Source of the DNA: Pocillopora damicornis
Taxonomy: Eukaryota
Assembly: GCF_003704095.1 (NCBI RefSeq)
Contig: NW_020844266.1
Location: 124,001 to 188,000 of the forward strand
Reading direction: 5' to 3'
Length of the DNA: 64,000 bases
How positions within the stretch are numbered: the stretch's first letter is position 1; each line of letters opens with the position of its first letter. Below are positions 39,801-53,400 of the stretch, one piece after another. Below the pieces are notes generated by a model. It worked only from the letters and a program-made list of their open reading frames with translations, had not been told where the DNA came from and made no database searches. The translations under genes and the position numbers were made by a program.

Positions 39801-42165
39801 CATTTTGTGACTCTTGACATGAAAGTATTACAGACCCTTTCTAAGTGACACGTTTTCCGAGGTGTTTCATGATTCAAGTCTCTAAATCTTTAAATCAGCT
39901 TGGAAGCTGTCAAGCTCTTGTGAGACCATCCATAGCAAGTTAATATTGAGCGTTTTGGAGTGCCGTGGAGGTATTATCACTCACTTATCTCTTCATTGAA
40001 GTAACTCAAGGAAATGGTCCTTAAAGCTTAAAAAAACTTAGAAGGACCTAATCCACTTCACTCACAAATTTTATAAAACTTATTGTGGTGTTAAGAATAG
40101 TTTATGCAACTAGCATGAAAAAATGACAGACGTATACGAAAAAAAACAGCTTATAGACAAAAAAGCAACAACTAATGTTACTTAGTCACTCAAATGTAAT
40201 AAAGGCGATTGATTAATAACTTCAAAGGCAAATTTCGTGAGCAGGTCCTTAATCAATATCAGTTAATTTCATAATCCGGTCCTTGATTGACAAACCAAAA
40301 TGAAAATTGCAAGATAAGCTTAAACAGTTGTGAGGTCCAACAGGTTTCCAAGTGGATAACAACTGCTAATTTTGTGAGCAACGCCACGTTCGGACTAAAC
40401 TATTAATGCATTACGAACTTGCATTTTCACGAGTTTTAAATCATTCATGCAGAATGATTGATTTAATACCCATTAACCGTGTGTGTGTTTCCTCCTGAGC
40501 TTCATTTCACTCTCCTTGAATTGCTTCCTCTCAATACCAACCATATGGATAACTTTACGCAGCATTTTACTCGATGTACTTCTTTTCAATCGAATTAAAC
40601 TCGAAATTGTATTATTTTGGTACTCCCAACATTTTCTACTCACCTACAGAGGCGTTTTCTCTGCCTTGATGTCGTTTCTGTCGTTTATTCCTTCTACCAT
40701 CCGGATGCTTTCTTCCATATCGGCCTCTGTGGTCTTGTTTGTCTTGTGTAGTTTTATCATCTTGAGTAAAAAGAGCATTCTATTACACCTGCTTAGAAAG
40801 CTTCATGCACTAACCATCGGATTGATTCCTTGGTACTACATCGACAACCTATCAAGTCTCTGCTGATGAGCCACAGGTTTTTTTACCATTCAATCGTGAA
40901 AATAGGTATTGGTAGACGGTTGGAATAAATGGAACGTATCAGAACCCCGAATAGAAATTTCCATAACAAGAACATATTGCACGCGAAATGACCTGGAAAT
41001 GAGCTAATGGAAAGTACATTTCTTTTTCGAAATTCTGTTTGAAATACTCTCGGCGGTGAGATCTGCATAAGTTTCCTTATTACATTGCAACCACAACATT
41101 GCAATACTATACCTCGTATTTGATCAGCAGATGATCCACAAGCACCTCCGCTCGGTTGAGACGCCTGAGGACTTTCTGTCCATGGTGAAGATTTGGCTTG
41201 TCCCTCTTCCCTTGTTTTTGATGATTCATCAGATTCTGCAATACAAGCAGAGATTTGAGATTTAATTGGTTGTTTTTAGAAAAGATAAAAGTCATCCAAG
41301 TTGTACAGGACTGGAAAAATGTTTATGCATATCTCCTTTTCCAGGTGGAAATATTTACAATTATGAGAGTATAGTTAGATAAATGTCTTGGTCATCTATC
41401 CAGCTTCGTTCGCAAAGAGCTGTAGAAACCAGTTTTAACTGATTAAAATCATAGGGATGAAATGGGTGATGTCTAACACAGTTAAGTGACATTAATCTTT
41501 AAAGATTTTTTCTCTTTTTTTAATCTTTAGCAAAGGTAAAAGGCCCGCAAAAAAGATACCCAGACTGAACTAATCCTGAATTAAAAAGGGGGCTGAGGAG
41601 GGGGCGGGGAGGGTCCAACTTAACCAGTGGGTCAGTTCTAGAGACAAAGAGGACGAAAACAAGAGACATGCCTTTAAATGGAATCAATGCCATGCAATCT
41701 TTCAATATAACTAGTGGCTATAACCCAATGAAGTTTCCACTGCTATTGTATTCGACACAAATGTCTCCTCAGGGTAGTTCATGAATAGTAAAAAATCTAG
41801 ATAATAGCGGAACAACATTAAACGCACTCACAAAATTAAAAAGTTTAATATTGGAGATTGGGACCAATATCAGTATCTGGGCAACTGCCCACCTACCCCT
41901 CCCTTAACCCAACAGTAACCCTAACTTTTTATCAATAGACTGTTGTTGGGCTGGGGAAGGGGTAAGTGGGCAGTTGCCCAGATACTGATACCGATCCAAT
42001 GATTGCCCATTAAGGTTAAACCCTTGGCCATGTTCTACTTAAGAATATTATGTAGGGTATATATATGAGTTATAGAGTGAAACACTTTTTAATACCTTTG
42101 GATTTTTCCTGTTGTCGTTCACGTCTGTCGAAGGTACTCGACCATTTTTTTTTCTTCGAGGGCAT
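30875..42165 (-). CDS. ZNFX1: NFX1-type zinc finger-containing protein 1-like (paralog B), about 2707 aa
   Basis: Main exon 30875-38454 (acceptor ttataacacag) has the same helicase motifs and about 35 finger units. Predicted upstream exons: 42096-42165 (caccATG, MPSKKKKW...KSKG), 41113-41235, 40644-40760, 39610-39741, 38956-39057, all GT-AG and phase 1. Confidence 0.95.
32927..33328 (-). repeat. Intragenic tandem duplication of about 200 bp in the zinc-finger array of B
   Basis: Two copies of C(Q/E)EEVQL.LSCGH.KLT.CS.M.NEL.K.ECNE..TMKLPCGHEK...CS...KGNI...AP.DRFL, also visible at DNA level. Confidence 0.9.
41861..41997. mobile_element. Short MITE in the first coding intron of B
   Basis: tatcagtatctgggcaactgcccac pairs with gtgggcagttgcccagatactgata; GGA...TCC termini. 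Confidence 0.8.
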
Positions 42166-45100
42166 GGTGCTGAAAGAAGAGTGATGTATCACAACTGAGT
42201 CTTTTTGGTACCACTTTACAAAGCTAAACCTGCGACTAATCTTTACCTATCATATTGCAGTAGTAGTCTATTTAGATTTAATTGTAAAACTAAAGGGAAA
42301 TAGATAACTACTGATGGATCGAAAACAATTTGTAGAGTTTTAAAACATGATAGAGCTTTAAAAAGTCATCGCTCGTCACTTGAAACTTGAACAAAGTAGG
42401 GGCTTTTTAGGAAGCTTTCAAAATTGTTTAAATTATACGAAATAGTGTTTCGCCCTCAAAGGTCCTTATTTTGCTGCTGGTACAAACTTTCTGTGAACTT
42501 TTTAAGGAATTACGAGAATGTTGATAAGCAGACAGAGGCCTTTTTAGGCATAAAGAAGAGAATGCATAAAATTAAAGTTCTAAATTTATCTACCTTAACA
42601 TTTTGCCACAAAAACCTCACTCATGCAGACCGTGACTTAAACTGCAATCCACGCTCGCGGGATTGGCACGATCAACTAGGTCGAGTTATGAGTTATGATG
42701 TCACTCCACGGTCTGATTGCATTTGCCAACGTGGCAGTGTGGACAGCAAATTTAGGGAACTTGAGGTAGTTTGTCGATAAAACAACACTCGATTCAATTC
42801 TATCATTCAGCGTCTTAAAAATTTGCTTTTGCTGAACAAATACTGGTTTTATGGTCTCGTCGGTCTTGACTTACCCACAGAATATAAGCACAGGACTTTA
42901 TTTCAATTACAGGCGCCATCTTGATTAAGAGTGCCCTTACGAAAAGTTGATTTTAAGCGAGGAATAACCATTTACATTTTGTAAAGGTCTCCTAGCAGAA
43001 AACATTTATACAAGTTTTGCAAAAGAATACAGTTAAGATATTGAAACAACTGAATAATACAAGGAATATTGTACGATTTAACTAGGGTAATGTAAAACAT
43101 TAAAAAGGAGTACTCCAATGCAGTGAATAACTTTTTATATCGTTCATCGTCGGTCCGTTATTTCATTCATGCAATGTATAGCAATTCGTTTCCATGATGA
43201 GCGTAGATAGCAATTTAGGTTACTAAATACGTTTGATCGTTCGAGCCATTTCAAGGGTGCCAACGACGAGCTAATGAAGCTGCTTCAGTTTATTGGTTTA
43301 TTATTCTTTACGAAACGACAATCGTCTCACAATGTTTGATGATGCACAATGTTGCATATTTTATCTGAAAGATCTGGTTAACCACGATACATAGATTCGA
43401 TACATAGACAAAACAACCTGATCGAACACAAATTTGCTCCCAGTACCTGTAGCCAGTGTTGTTTATGAAATGCATTAAAATAAAACATTTCACATAACAG
43501 TTTTCCTATCAAACTAGAACAGCCTACTTGCGCCGCACATTTAGCAAAATAGAAAATACTAACTTCATCCTCTAACTTCGAGCTAGTGAATCAGGGATTT
43601 TAATTACTTTATAAATATTTATTTCGCTGATGCAAAGCATTTTTCAAATCCATCTGGAATTGGTACGAAGTTTTAATTTGCAGACACAATATATATAGTT
43701 TATAATCCAATATTTTCGAGTCATCTGAATTAACAAACATTATGATGGCGTATGTACCCTGACATTAAATGATATAAAGAGTCAAACTCCATTTTCATTA
43801 TATTTTTCCTCGGGCATAGTCCAGCTAGGCGGAAATAACAACCAAGAATACCCATAACTTTCTTGCTACTGATCTGAGATATAGATTCAAACATAAGTGA
43901 AAGTTTCGAAACTTATGATTTTCCAAGTTAGGTTGTGAAATACAACAAAATAAAGGAGTTTAAACTGTTGGTCCTTACCAAGATATACAATTTGTTAAGC
44001 AGTTGTGCAATATGACGCCACAGCCATCAAAGGTTAATCAAAATTTTCGCGATTGTCTTCATTCATACAGTGTGGAAAACAGTCGAAATTACAGCAGATT
44101 TGAGCTCGGCATGTGCTTAAAGATATAAAACACGAATCGACCGACACTAATCGCTCCTTGTGGTTCGATGATTACAGATTAGTTCAACAGATTTTATCTT
44201 GGGGGCCGTGGCTTTACTTTTGTTTAACCATTCAAAATTCTCTTGTGTTATGATCGGTTTTAAAGGGAGTTTTTATAATTTAATATTATGTTTAGACATT
44301 CGACCATTGAGGGCAAATCATGTTTCCCTTCATGACTTGTATTTTGTATTTGTCATGCCCGCCATTGTAGTATCATAATCGCGAGAAAAATTTGTTTTCG
44401 TCTTGTGAAACGAAACGAGTCGCATAAAACCGGTTTGATTTTTGTGTCATTGCGACATCGGAATTTCAGAGGCCCGCGAATTCTATTTCCTTTACTAAAT
44501 CTACGCAAAAATGTGTGAAATGCAACATTGTATAGCACAAAACACTTTGTTCTCACTTACCAAGTTATGCGCCAGCCTCTCTAAGTCTATTCTCTAACCC
44601 AACTCCAACTTCTTTCACAGGAGTACAGTGTTTCGACAAAGCAAGATTTCTCAGAAACCAATATTTCAAATGTTTTTGGGAAATCTTTCGAAACCGCAAG
44701 ATTCTGAGAAAAAATTGTTTTGTCCGATTATAAATTTTTTCTCGGAAAAAGTAGTCTGGGAAAATTAGAATGGACCCTGGAGTCAAAGACTTTGGACAAC
44801 GGAATGCCTTCTTTGTGGTTAACATAATCTACTTGAAAAGGCTTTGATAGCCAATCAGGTTATCTTATTTCTCTTAAAATTTTCTTTTTCTTATCCCGTG
44901 CCTCACTTTATCGTGTTGTGTCGTATCTCTGTGATATTAATAAAACTGATATCATCGTTTGCTAACAAAAGAGTTTACAGTGACGACTACTAAGCACCCA
45001 GATAGCTTACTGATGCTTTCCTCGATCTCATTTCAAATTTTCTTCATATTGAAGTAGACTAAATACAAAAGATTGGGCAGCACCGTCTCAGTTTTTTTGG

Positions 45101-45570
45101 ATTGATGTCAGCGAATTCAGTACGATGTGGGTCTTCATGTAACATACGGTAATACGGTAATTGTATGTAACACAATGAACAGCCCACTGCCCAAGTCTAC
45201 CCTCTTAACCAGGTGTAAAAGTGCAAACAAAACAAGGGTTAAGAGATGCTGTTTTCCTAGAAATATTATCTTGGTGTTTTTGTCGCTAATCAAAGAGCTT
45301 AGTTCTTAGAAAAAGTTATTTCATTTAGAAATTAAATTTTTCTTGTTAGAGCTGATATGGAAAACGCAACGGACTTGACAGTTCATGATCCCCTGAAAGG
45401 TTTACTTTGTAGACCAGACCCTAATGCTTTTCTTTCGTCGGCACCATTATAGAAATAGCTCGTCGAAATTGACCATCGCTGTGCTTCTTGAAATTTTTGA
45501 CCTTCAAGCGAAAAAAAAAAAGAACTAAAAACAAACTTTCTACAACTCGTGACGAAATATGAAAAAAAAG

Positions 45571-45840
45571 TTAAAACCAGCTTTTTTTGGAGTGGCTGAC
45601 AAAAGTTGGCATCATACATTGGGAATCGCTACAAGCATGCACGATAGGCATTTAGTTTGTTCACGGATGACGGACTGAAGTCAGGAGTTGTTGTTCCTTT
45701 TTTTTTTAAAACCAGCTTTTTTTGGAGTGGCTGACAAAAGTTGGCATTATACATTGGGAATCGCTACAAGCATGCACGATAGGCATTTAGTTTGTTCTCG
45801 GATGACGGACTGAAGTCAGGAGTTGTTGTTCCTTTTTTTT
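45571..45840. repeat. 135-bp tandem duplication, two near-identical copies
   Basis: ttaaaaccagcttt...gttgttgttcctttt starts at 45571 and 45706; only a few differences. Confidence 0.9.
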
Positions 45841-47462
45841 CTTCTTTTTTAACAGATAATAAACGTCGATTTGCCAATTAACCGTTTCAATTGCAAGATG
45901 TAAATTATCGATTCTTTACACTATCCGCCATGCATAATCATAATATTCACCCCCTGCAAAATTGGTGTTAAGCCAAGCAATATCCCCAATTGATAGATTT
46001 CTATGTTCTCACCACCTTTCTGTTGGAAAAAGTATCGATCGTGAGGAGAAATTCCTTTTTGGTCAGTCCTGGGGTTGGATGGGTTAAGAGATGTGGTCAA
46101 CAATTTTCTTCGTCATCAAATTCACCTGAGAGTAGCTTTTTAGACTAACCACAATAGTACTCGTGTATGTTTCTTTTGATGTCATTTTTTTTATTCTTCA
46201 GTGCACTGTGATGGCCATTGGCCAACTTGTCTTATACTAAGAATTTCAATCAACAAATATTGCCTCCGCAGGACAAATAATAAATGAATTACTCTTTATG
46301 CCATTAGAAAACCTCAATTCGGCTCAAGGGGTCCTGACAGTTAGGATGCATAATGATTTCGATGGCATAAATTACAAGTTCCCATTTTGATGCTCCCCTT
46401 ATACTCTTTGACAAGAGGTAGATACCTGTTCTCCTAAGTGGGGAGTCTATCAGGTACAGTGCCTATCAGTTAACTCTGATGTAGTGAAGAATACTGCTAA
46501 TTTTCATACTAAAGGTTATAAGTAAATATAGACCTAGCCTAGCCTCTAAAAACTTCGATTAAAGATATAGTTGTAGTGCTTTGTATATTTTGAAAGCTAA
46601 CATTAAAATTTTGTTGTTTTCTTACAAGAAATGCAATCGCACGATGTTCGCAATCATCATCCAAATAAGAATTGCAATCCATAGTTTAATTTTGAACTAA
46701 GCCATTTGGAAACTAGAAAGCATCCAAGAAAAATAGTGTAATATATTTTTCTTTCAAAATTTTCTCTCCAGACATTATTTTGAAAGTAACAAAAATAATT
46801 TCCATGACAAGTATTGATCAAATACGATATCGCTCAAGGAATAGCAAATCATTTCCTACGTACCAGTCAATAGAAGTTACCTACATGTTCTTACGTTCTG
46901 TCGCCCTTACGGGGAACAAAACGGAGACTAAAAACGGATCTTAATTATCTACGGGTAACAGAGGTATCCACAAGCCTTTCCAAGTCTCGTCTTTGAAAGC
47001 TGAAGGAACGGATTTAAGCAGCAGTCCACTTAAAGTACTTTCTCTGTTTCGTATTAAGGATGTCTCACTCTCTGCGTCATCAGGAATATCCCAGTCACGC
47101 ACACAACGTCACGCAACAAGTCAGTCACGCACACAACGTCAGCTGGCCAAAGGAAATTCTTTAGTTCGATATTGTTTGATGTTATCCAACTTTTCTTGCG
47201 GTATTTATAAAAGTTGTTTTAAGTTCAAGATAAGCTATAAACAGAGTGCGACATTACCGTCACCATCTAGACGGTGTTTCAACCCAACGACAAGAATGTA
47301 AATGTTCTAGCGCTTCCAATGACTTCTGCATATTTTTCATGATCTCTTTATGCCAAACTATTTGGATCGGCTCAAACGGTGATTATTTGTAAACCGCTGT
47401 ACAATATTACACACCTGAACTCAGATTTACTGGATGTCGTTTATTCTACCTCCGTCTATCGG

Positions 47463-50400
47463 TTAGCTTGCTTCATGGTCAGCATCTGCACACTGAGTGC
47501 AACCTTCACCTCCCACCGTAATCTCTTCACCGCCTCGCACAATCCTAGTCGTGTAATATATGTGACCCTGCCCACACAGGTTCCAGACGTCTCTTTGATA
47601 CCCTGGAAAATTTGCAAAACTTGGAGCTTCTTCAACTTGTAGAACAGGAAGTTTTACTTCAGTTCTTAGCGTATTGACGATCTTTTCCAACCATTCAATA
47701 TCCAGAGAGTTATCTTCCCCTTGAAGGAACAAAGCAAACCGCTCGCGAGCCGATCGCAGCCGAGTTTTACCCATGTCGGACAAAGGAATCCGCCGCTGCA
47801 GAGCTTTACTCTGGGCCTCTAAAACATGACAGAAAAGAAAGATCTTTTTGGTTTGTTGATGAACTTGACTAAGCGTTTTTAAATCCAGTTGTGGTTTTTC
47901 AAGGTATTCTTTGATCTGCCCAAAGGCGTCTTCGATGTCTTTTAACAGTCCCCCTTCATCAACCTGGTTTTGCGATCCTGCTTGAAGTCTACGAATATTT
48001 TCTAGCACTGGATACGCTTGCTGTACTTGCCTAAGTATCATCAAATGGTTCTTAAATGTGAAAATTAAAGAAACACGGCGTTCTGGCGTTCCACGCAAAG
48101 TAAGGGGGTTCCAATTCCATGGGATGGATCGTGCAAGACGAACAGTGTAATTTAGACGCAGTAGATCCTTTTCAATGAGGCTGATTGAATTTTTTACTTC
48201 CCTTTCAACCTCTTGTACTTGCTTCTTTACATCTTCAACATCGGTAAGCATCTTTTTGATAATTCTCCCGTAACGATAGCTGAATGTTATTGCCACGGTG
48301 CATTTTGGACACCTTCTTATGAGTTGAACGTCATCATCCGGGTGCGTGTCCATCCACCTGTCCATCTCGTTAACCTCTACAATATGATTGCAGTCCCACA
48401 GCTGTAGGAATCTTGCTGATTCCATTTTTTTACCGCGTCCACCAGCTAACAAAGAAGAGAACTTTTTGGGATGACAAACAGGACAGATAGTAGGACAGTT
48501 TTCACCGCATAAGCCGATGCACGGGTGGCGGCAAGATAGTTTTTTCGGGCAGGGAGCATTACAGCGAGGCCGGTCGCAGTCTTCTCCACAAAGACTATTA
48601 CACTGGTAATGAGTGCAACTCCAGGTACAGGGTTGTTTACACGAGTTACACGGCTTCGAACAGTGATTAGTACACATAGCATGAGGGCATCTTCGGCTAC
48701 ATTTTCTGTCACAGGGAGGACAAGGCTCACCACACCTGGCTTTACATCGATGTGAGCAAACAAGCAATCGACGGCATGGGTATTGGCACATTTCGTGTGA
48801 ATCCCGTTGATGACAACCGCTACAAGTCCCCGAACACTGGTGGCCACAAAGCAAATATTCTTTACATGGAGCAGGGCATTCTACTTCATCAGCGTTCTGG
48901 CTACAAGGCATCTTAACTTTATGACCACATGACAGTGTTTTTACCACAACCACCCCACAGGGATATTTGGAGCAGTCTTGACCGCAAACTCCCTGACATA
49001 TATGTTTGCATGAACTCTTCCGACGCCCACAGTGTGCTGAACAGGTAGCAGTCCTACTTTCATGACATTTAAGTGCTTGTTCGTGATTGCAGGGAAAACG
49101 TTTTTCTACTCTTCTCATACACTGCATGTTTACACAGTCCTCACTGCAAAGCCCCGGACATGGGTGGCCACAATCCAGAGTTTTCTCGCATTGCTTTCGG
49201 CATGTTGTAGTTATGGGGTTGGCGCTACAAGCCATTTTCAAAGAATGGTTACCAGCACAGTTAATACGTTTGAGTACCTTCTTTTGGCATTTGAGTAGAT
49301 TACAGTCTTCAGAACATTTACCAGGACATTTATGTCCGCAAGACAAAGATTTGATGCAGCTATTTGCACAAACGACCTTGGAAACATCTTCAGAGCATGG
49401 AAAATTCATTTTGTGAAATCCACAGGTCAGAAATTTAGGAACTATCACAGCACATTTGAAACCAGAGCAGTTCTCGCCACATTTTCCTGGACAAGGGTGT
49501 TTGCATGGAAGACAGCGTTCACAAGGAACTTCACAAAATGTCTCCTGTTGTTTATCTGAGCACTTCATCTCCTTTTCATGCCCACAAGCTAGTTTTCTTG
49601 TTACAGTCGTATCACAGGATTCGTTTCGAGGTTCATGTCTTAACTTGGCGCATGTCACAAGTTTCCTGTGGGAACAGGAAAGAGAAATTTCAACTTCCTT
49701 CTCGCAGAGATATTCTTCAGGCGTTCTGTAGCACGGAAGCGTTGCCTCGTGTCCGCAAGGTAGCTTTCGTTCCATCTTCACCATGCAGAAAATATCTTGT
49801 AGGTTGCCGGTTGCAACGGAGCAAACAAGAGACTTCGTATGTCCACACGATAATTTTACTTTGACTTTCTCTTTGCATTTGTACTCATCAGGATTTTTGT
49901 GACAGGGAAGTTCTTTAATGTGTTTGCAGCATAATTCTCTCTCGACTATCTCGTTGCACTGTAAATTCCCTGTGCCACTCTTTGCATCATTGCACAGCAT
50001 GGACTTTTGGTGTCCACATGACAGTCGAACATCAACCCTTTTCTTGCATGGTCGGTTTTCACAGTCTGCACCACAAATGTCCAGACATGGATGTCCACAG
50101 GCTTTATCTCTCTCACATGGCTTTTCACAGACAAGTGTGGCTGTATCTACGTGGCAAGACTTCCTAGTACTGTGTTTGCACTTTGGAATTATCACATCAA
50201 CCATTTTCATGCAATTTCCGCAAGAAATGCCATAATGGCACGGTTTTGGGCAAGCATGACCATCATCACACTCCTTTAGGCACAATACTTGACACTGAAC
50301 CTCTATGCAGAGAAGCCCGCACACAGAGGAACACTTATGTCCGCAATCGAGCCGTCGTTCACAGGGAGCGGAACAGAAAACAGATATTGGATCTCGCGAA

Positions 50401-53400
50401 CAAAAGACTATTTTTTCGTGACCACAAGGAAGAGTCTTGTAAACCATGGTTGCACATTTCCTTATTCTGCAGTCCTCATAACAAACACCGGAGCAAGTGT
50501 GTCCACAAGCCAAAACTCTGTTGCACCTCTCAGTACAGTTTGGTGGGTTGTCTTTCATATGACATAGAAGCTTTTTTCTATGTCCACATTCAAGCACAAC
50601 TTCAATTTCAGTGTTACATCGACAGGGATCCGTACATCTCATAAAACAAGAATGACCACAATCCAGAACCTTACTACAGATCCATTCACATTGGTTATCA
50701 ACAAGGGGATCTTGAAAACACAGAAGCGTTTTTACATGTCCACAGGGAAGGATTTTCTGGCATTTTTCTCGACAAGAAAATGTTGCCGGGTCGGTGCTGC
50801 AGGGAACTGATTGTTTGTGACCACATTGAGGGATTGTCTTTAACACCATGATATGGCACGTAGGACATTCTCTGGGATAATGACACTTGTATTTACATTT
50901 GTGTTCGTTTGGGCAAGACGTGAGGCACACCTTGGTACATCGACTGTCTCTATGATCCAGGTCAGAGGCATGGCATGGTCTGTCACAAGAATGACCACAT
51001 TTGAGTCGGTCACCACAAGGCATTTTGCAACCTCCATCAATGATATCGAAGTCACTTGAAGAACGAACATTGGTCTTATTTTTGTGCTTCTTACAAACAA
51101 TTGGCAGTGACTCGTCGATAGCATTCTTTGTTTGAAGATGATCACAAATTTCTTTCCACAGCTTACACTGTCCTTTCAACAGGTTAAAGTTTCCAATGCA
51201 GTAAAATCCTTTTCGGGCTCTTGATAATGCGACACATATTCTGTTTGACTCCCCAAGGAAACCAATCTTACGTTCTAAATTGCTTCTCACTAATGATAGG
51301 AGGATGATGTCATTTTCTTCACCTTGAAAGTTGTCTACTGCACAGACCCTAATTCCTCCGAAATTTCTTTTCGGCATCTTTTCTTGAAGAAGTAACAACT
51401 GGCCAGTGTACATGGTTAAAATTGTTATTTGGCTTCGCTGGTATCCGTGAATTAGAAGGTATTTGCAGAGAGCCACCAAGAAGTCAGCTTCGTGGGAATT
51501 GGAGTAACTTTGCAGCCCACCTTCCAGTTTCTCAGGCTTGCAATGGTCAATAAAGAACAGGTTGCTTGCTACACCAACGATGTCTTCAAACTCGCACACC
51601 GTTTCATGGTCGACAATCTCGTGATCATATATCCTCTTCGTCATTTCAGCAATCTCAGGACGCATACGATGTTGGATGGCCAGACGCTTACAATCCATAC
51701 TGTTCATGACCATTCTCTCGAACAGTGATATCTCAAGATTGTATTTTTGGGCTAGTTCGTAGACTGTTGCCTTTGGACGGAGTTGCTTATGGTCTCCTAT
51801 GAGAATCGTATGCTTTGTGTTGGTCGACAAAGAAGTTATGATGTGAGCTTCCATAACCTCTGCTGCTTCTTCGATGACGACGATTTTGGGAGCAATTCTC
51901 TGTAGCACTGAGTGATACCGCGCTGCACCGCTAGTTGTCATACCAACAACTGTTGCACGACGCATGACTTCTTTCTCCTCTTCAAATCTGACTCCCTCGA
52001 ATTGTTGGCAAAGTTGTTGATATTCCTGCTCACTTCTATTGATTTCTGCTCGGTAGCGTTCACGGTAGCTTTCTACCCAGGAAAGATACAGTCGAAGTCG
52101 ATCTGAAGGGGATAGCAGCCAAATGTTCTCAATGGTCATCGCTTCATCGCTTGACATCGTCGTTACTTTTTCCAGATCCGTTTTTATTGATCCTATGTCT
52201 GCTGTTATTATGACTGTGGTTTTCTTGTTCTTGTTTTTCTTTTTCTTTTTCTTTTTCTTTGTGGGCTTTGTTTGATTAGCATCGTTGGCATTTGAAGCGT
52301 TTTCCATCCCTTCTTTGGAATTCTCATCCCCAGCCGGCTTCCACGCAAAGAGATTTTTTCCTTTCTTTCTGTAGTTTACTACTTCCCATCCCTCTTCCTG
52401 GTCAAGAATCCCCTCCTCTTTATTATAGCTTTGACTTTTAAGTTCTCCTGCCTTTCGCAACATTACTGGCAGAAATTCCTCTTCTCCATGAATGCGTCTT
52501 TGATCTTGAATCAAATCGGCCTCCTTTTCTATTGCAATTTTCTCTTCAAAAACGTCCGTTATTTCTTCGGTACTTTCTTCCTTGTTATCTGTCAAAGTTT
52601 GACACTTCTCAACCTGAGGAATGTCTTCTTCTTCATTTGATTCCTTCAGTGATTTCGAAACTGGCGCATTGTTCGTGTCTGAAATGGCTTGAAAAGCTCC
52701 TGATTCAGCCAACTTGCCTCTGTGTTGACCTGAAATACGTTCTGGTATGGTGTCTTCAAGAGGTGTTTCCATGAATTCTCTCAGAGCTAAACTGAAGTCT
52801 TTTTCGATCTTGGGATATATATCTGAGGCATTGGATTCAGCAGTTTCATTAGGTTTCTTCGGGGAGGTGTTTCCAGCGATAGACACTGAAGACAGTGTCG
52901 AGTTTCCGCTCCCAACTGTTAGTTGATTTTTGCTGTTACTTTGCTCGAAATCCAGTGACATTGTCAATGATGTGTTATCATAAGGTGCGCTATCATCGTT
53001 TCCTCCGTCATTGTCTGGGAGAACTAAAATTTCTTCGCAGATGTTCATCTCACTTTCCTTGCTCCTTACCTGTTGGTTGAAGGAATTCATCTGCTTGTTA
53101 CTGCATAACCACAGTTTGAATGTATTGCTTGGTGTTCGGCATTCGCTTGCAGCATTGTGGGGGAAAACGGCGTTGTAGAGCTGCTCTATGTGTTCTGCGT
53201 TCAATAACTCTTCCAAGTCGTCGAATTCTAAAAGGACTGTGTCAGCTTTTGCGAGCAATTCTCTCCACTCGGTCGTATCAGTATATTTCTGGTCAATCAT
53301 GTCTTCAAGCTCTCTTCGTCTTGCATGCATCTTGTACTTCCGAGTAAATAGCTTCAGGTTACACTCTTCAAGTTGTTGACTTTTGCATCTTCCTCCGACA

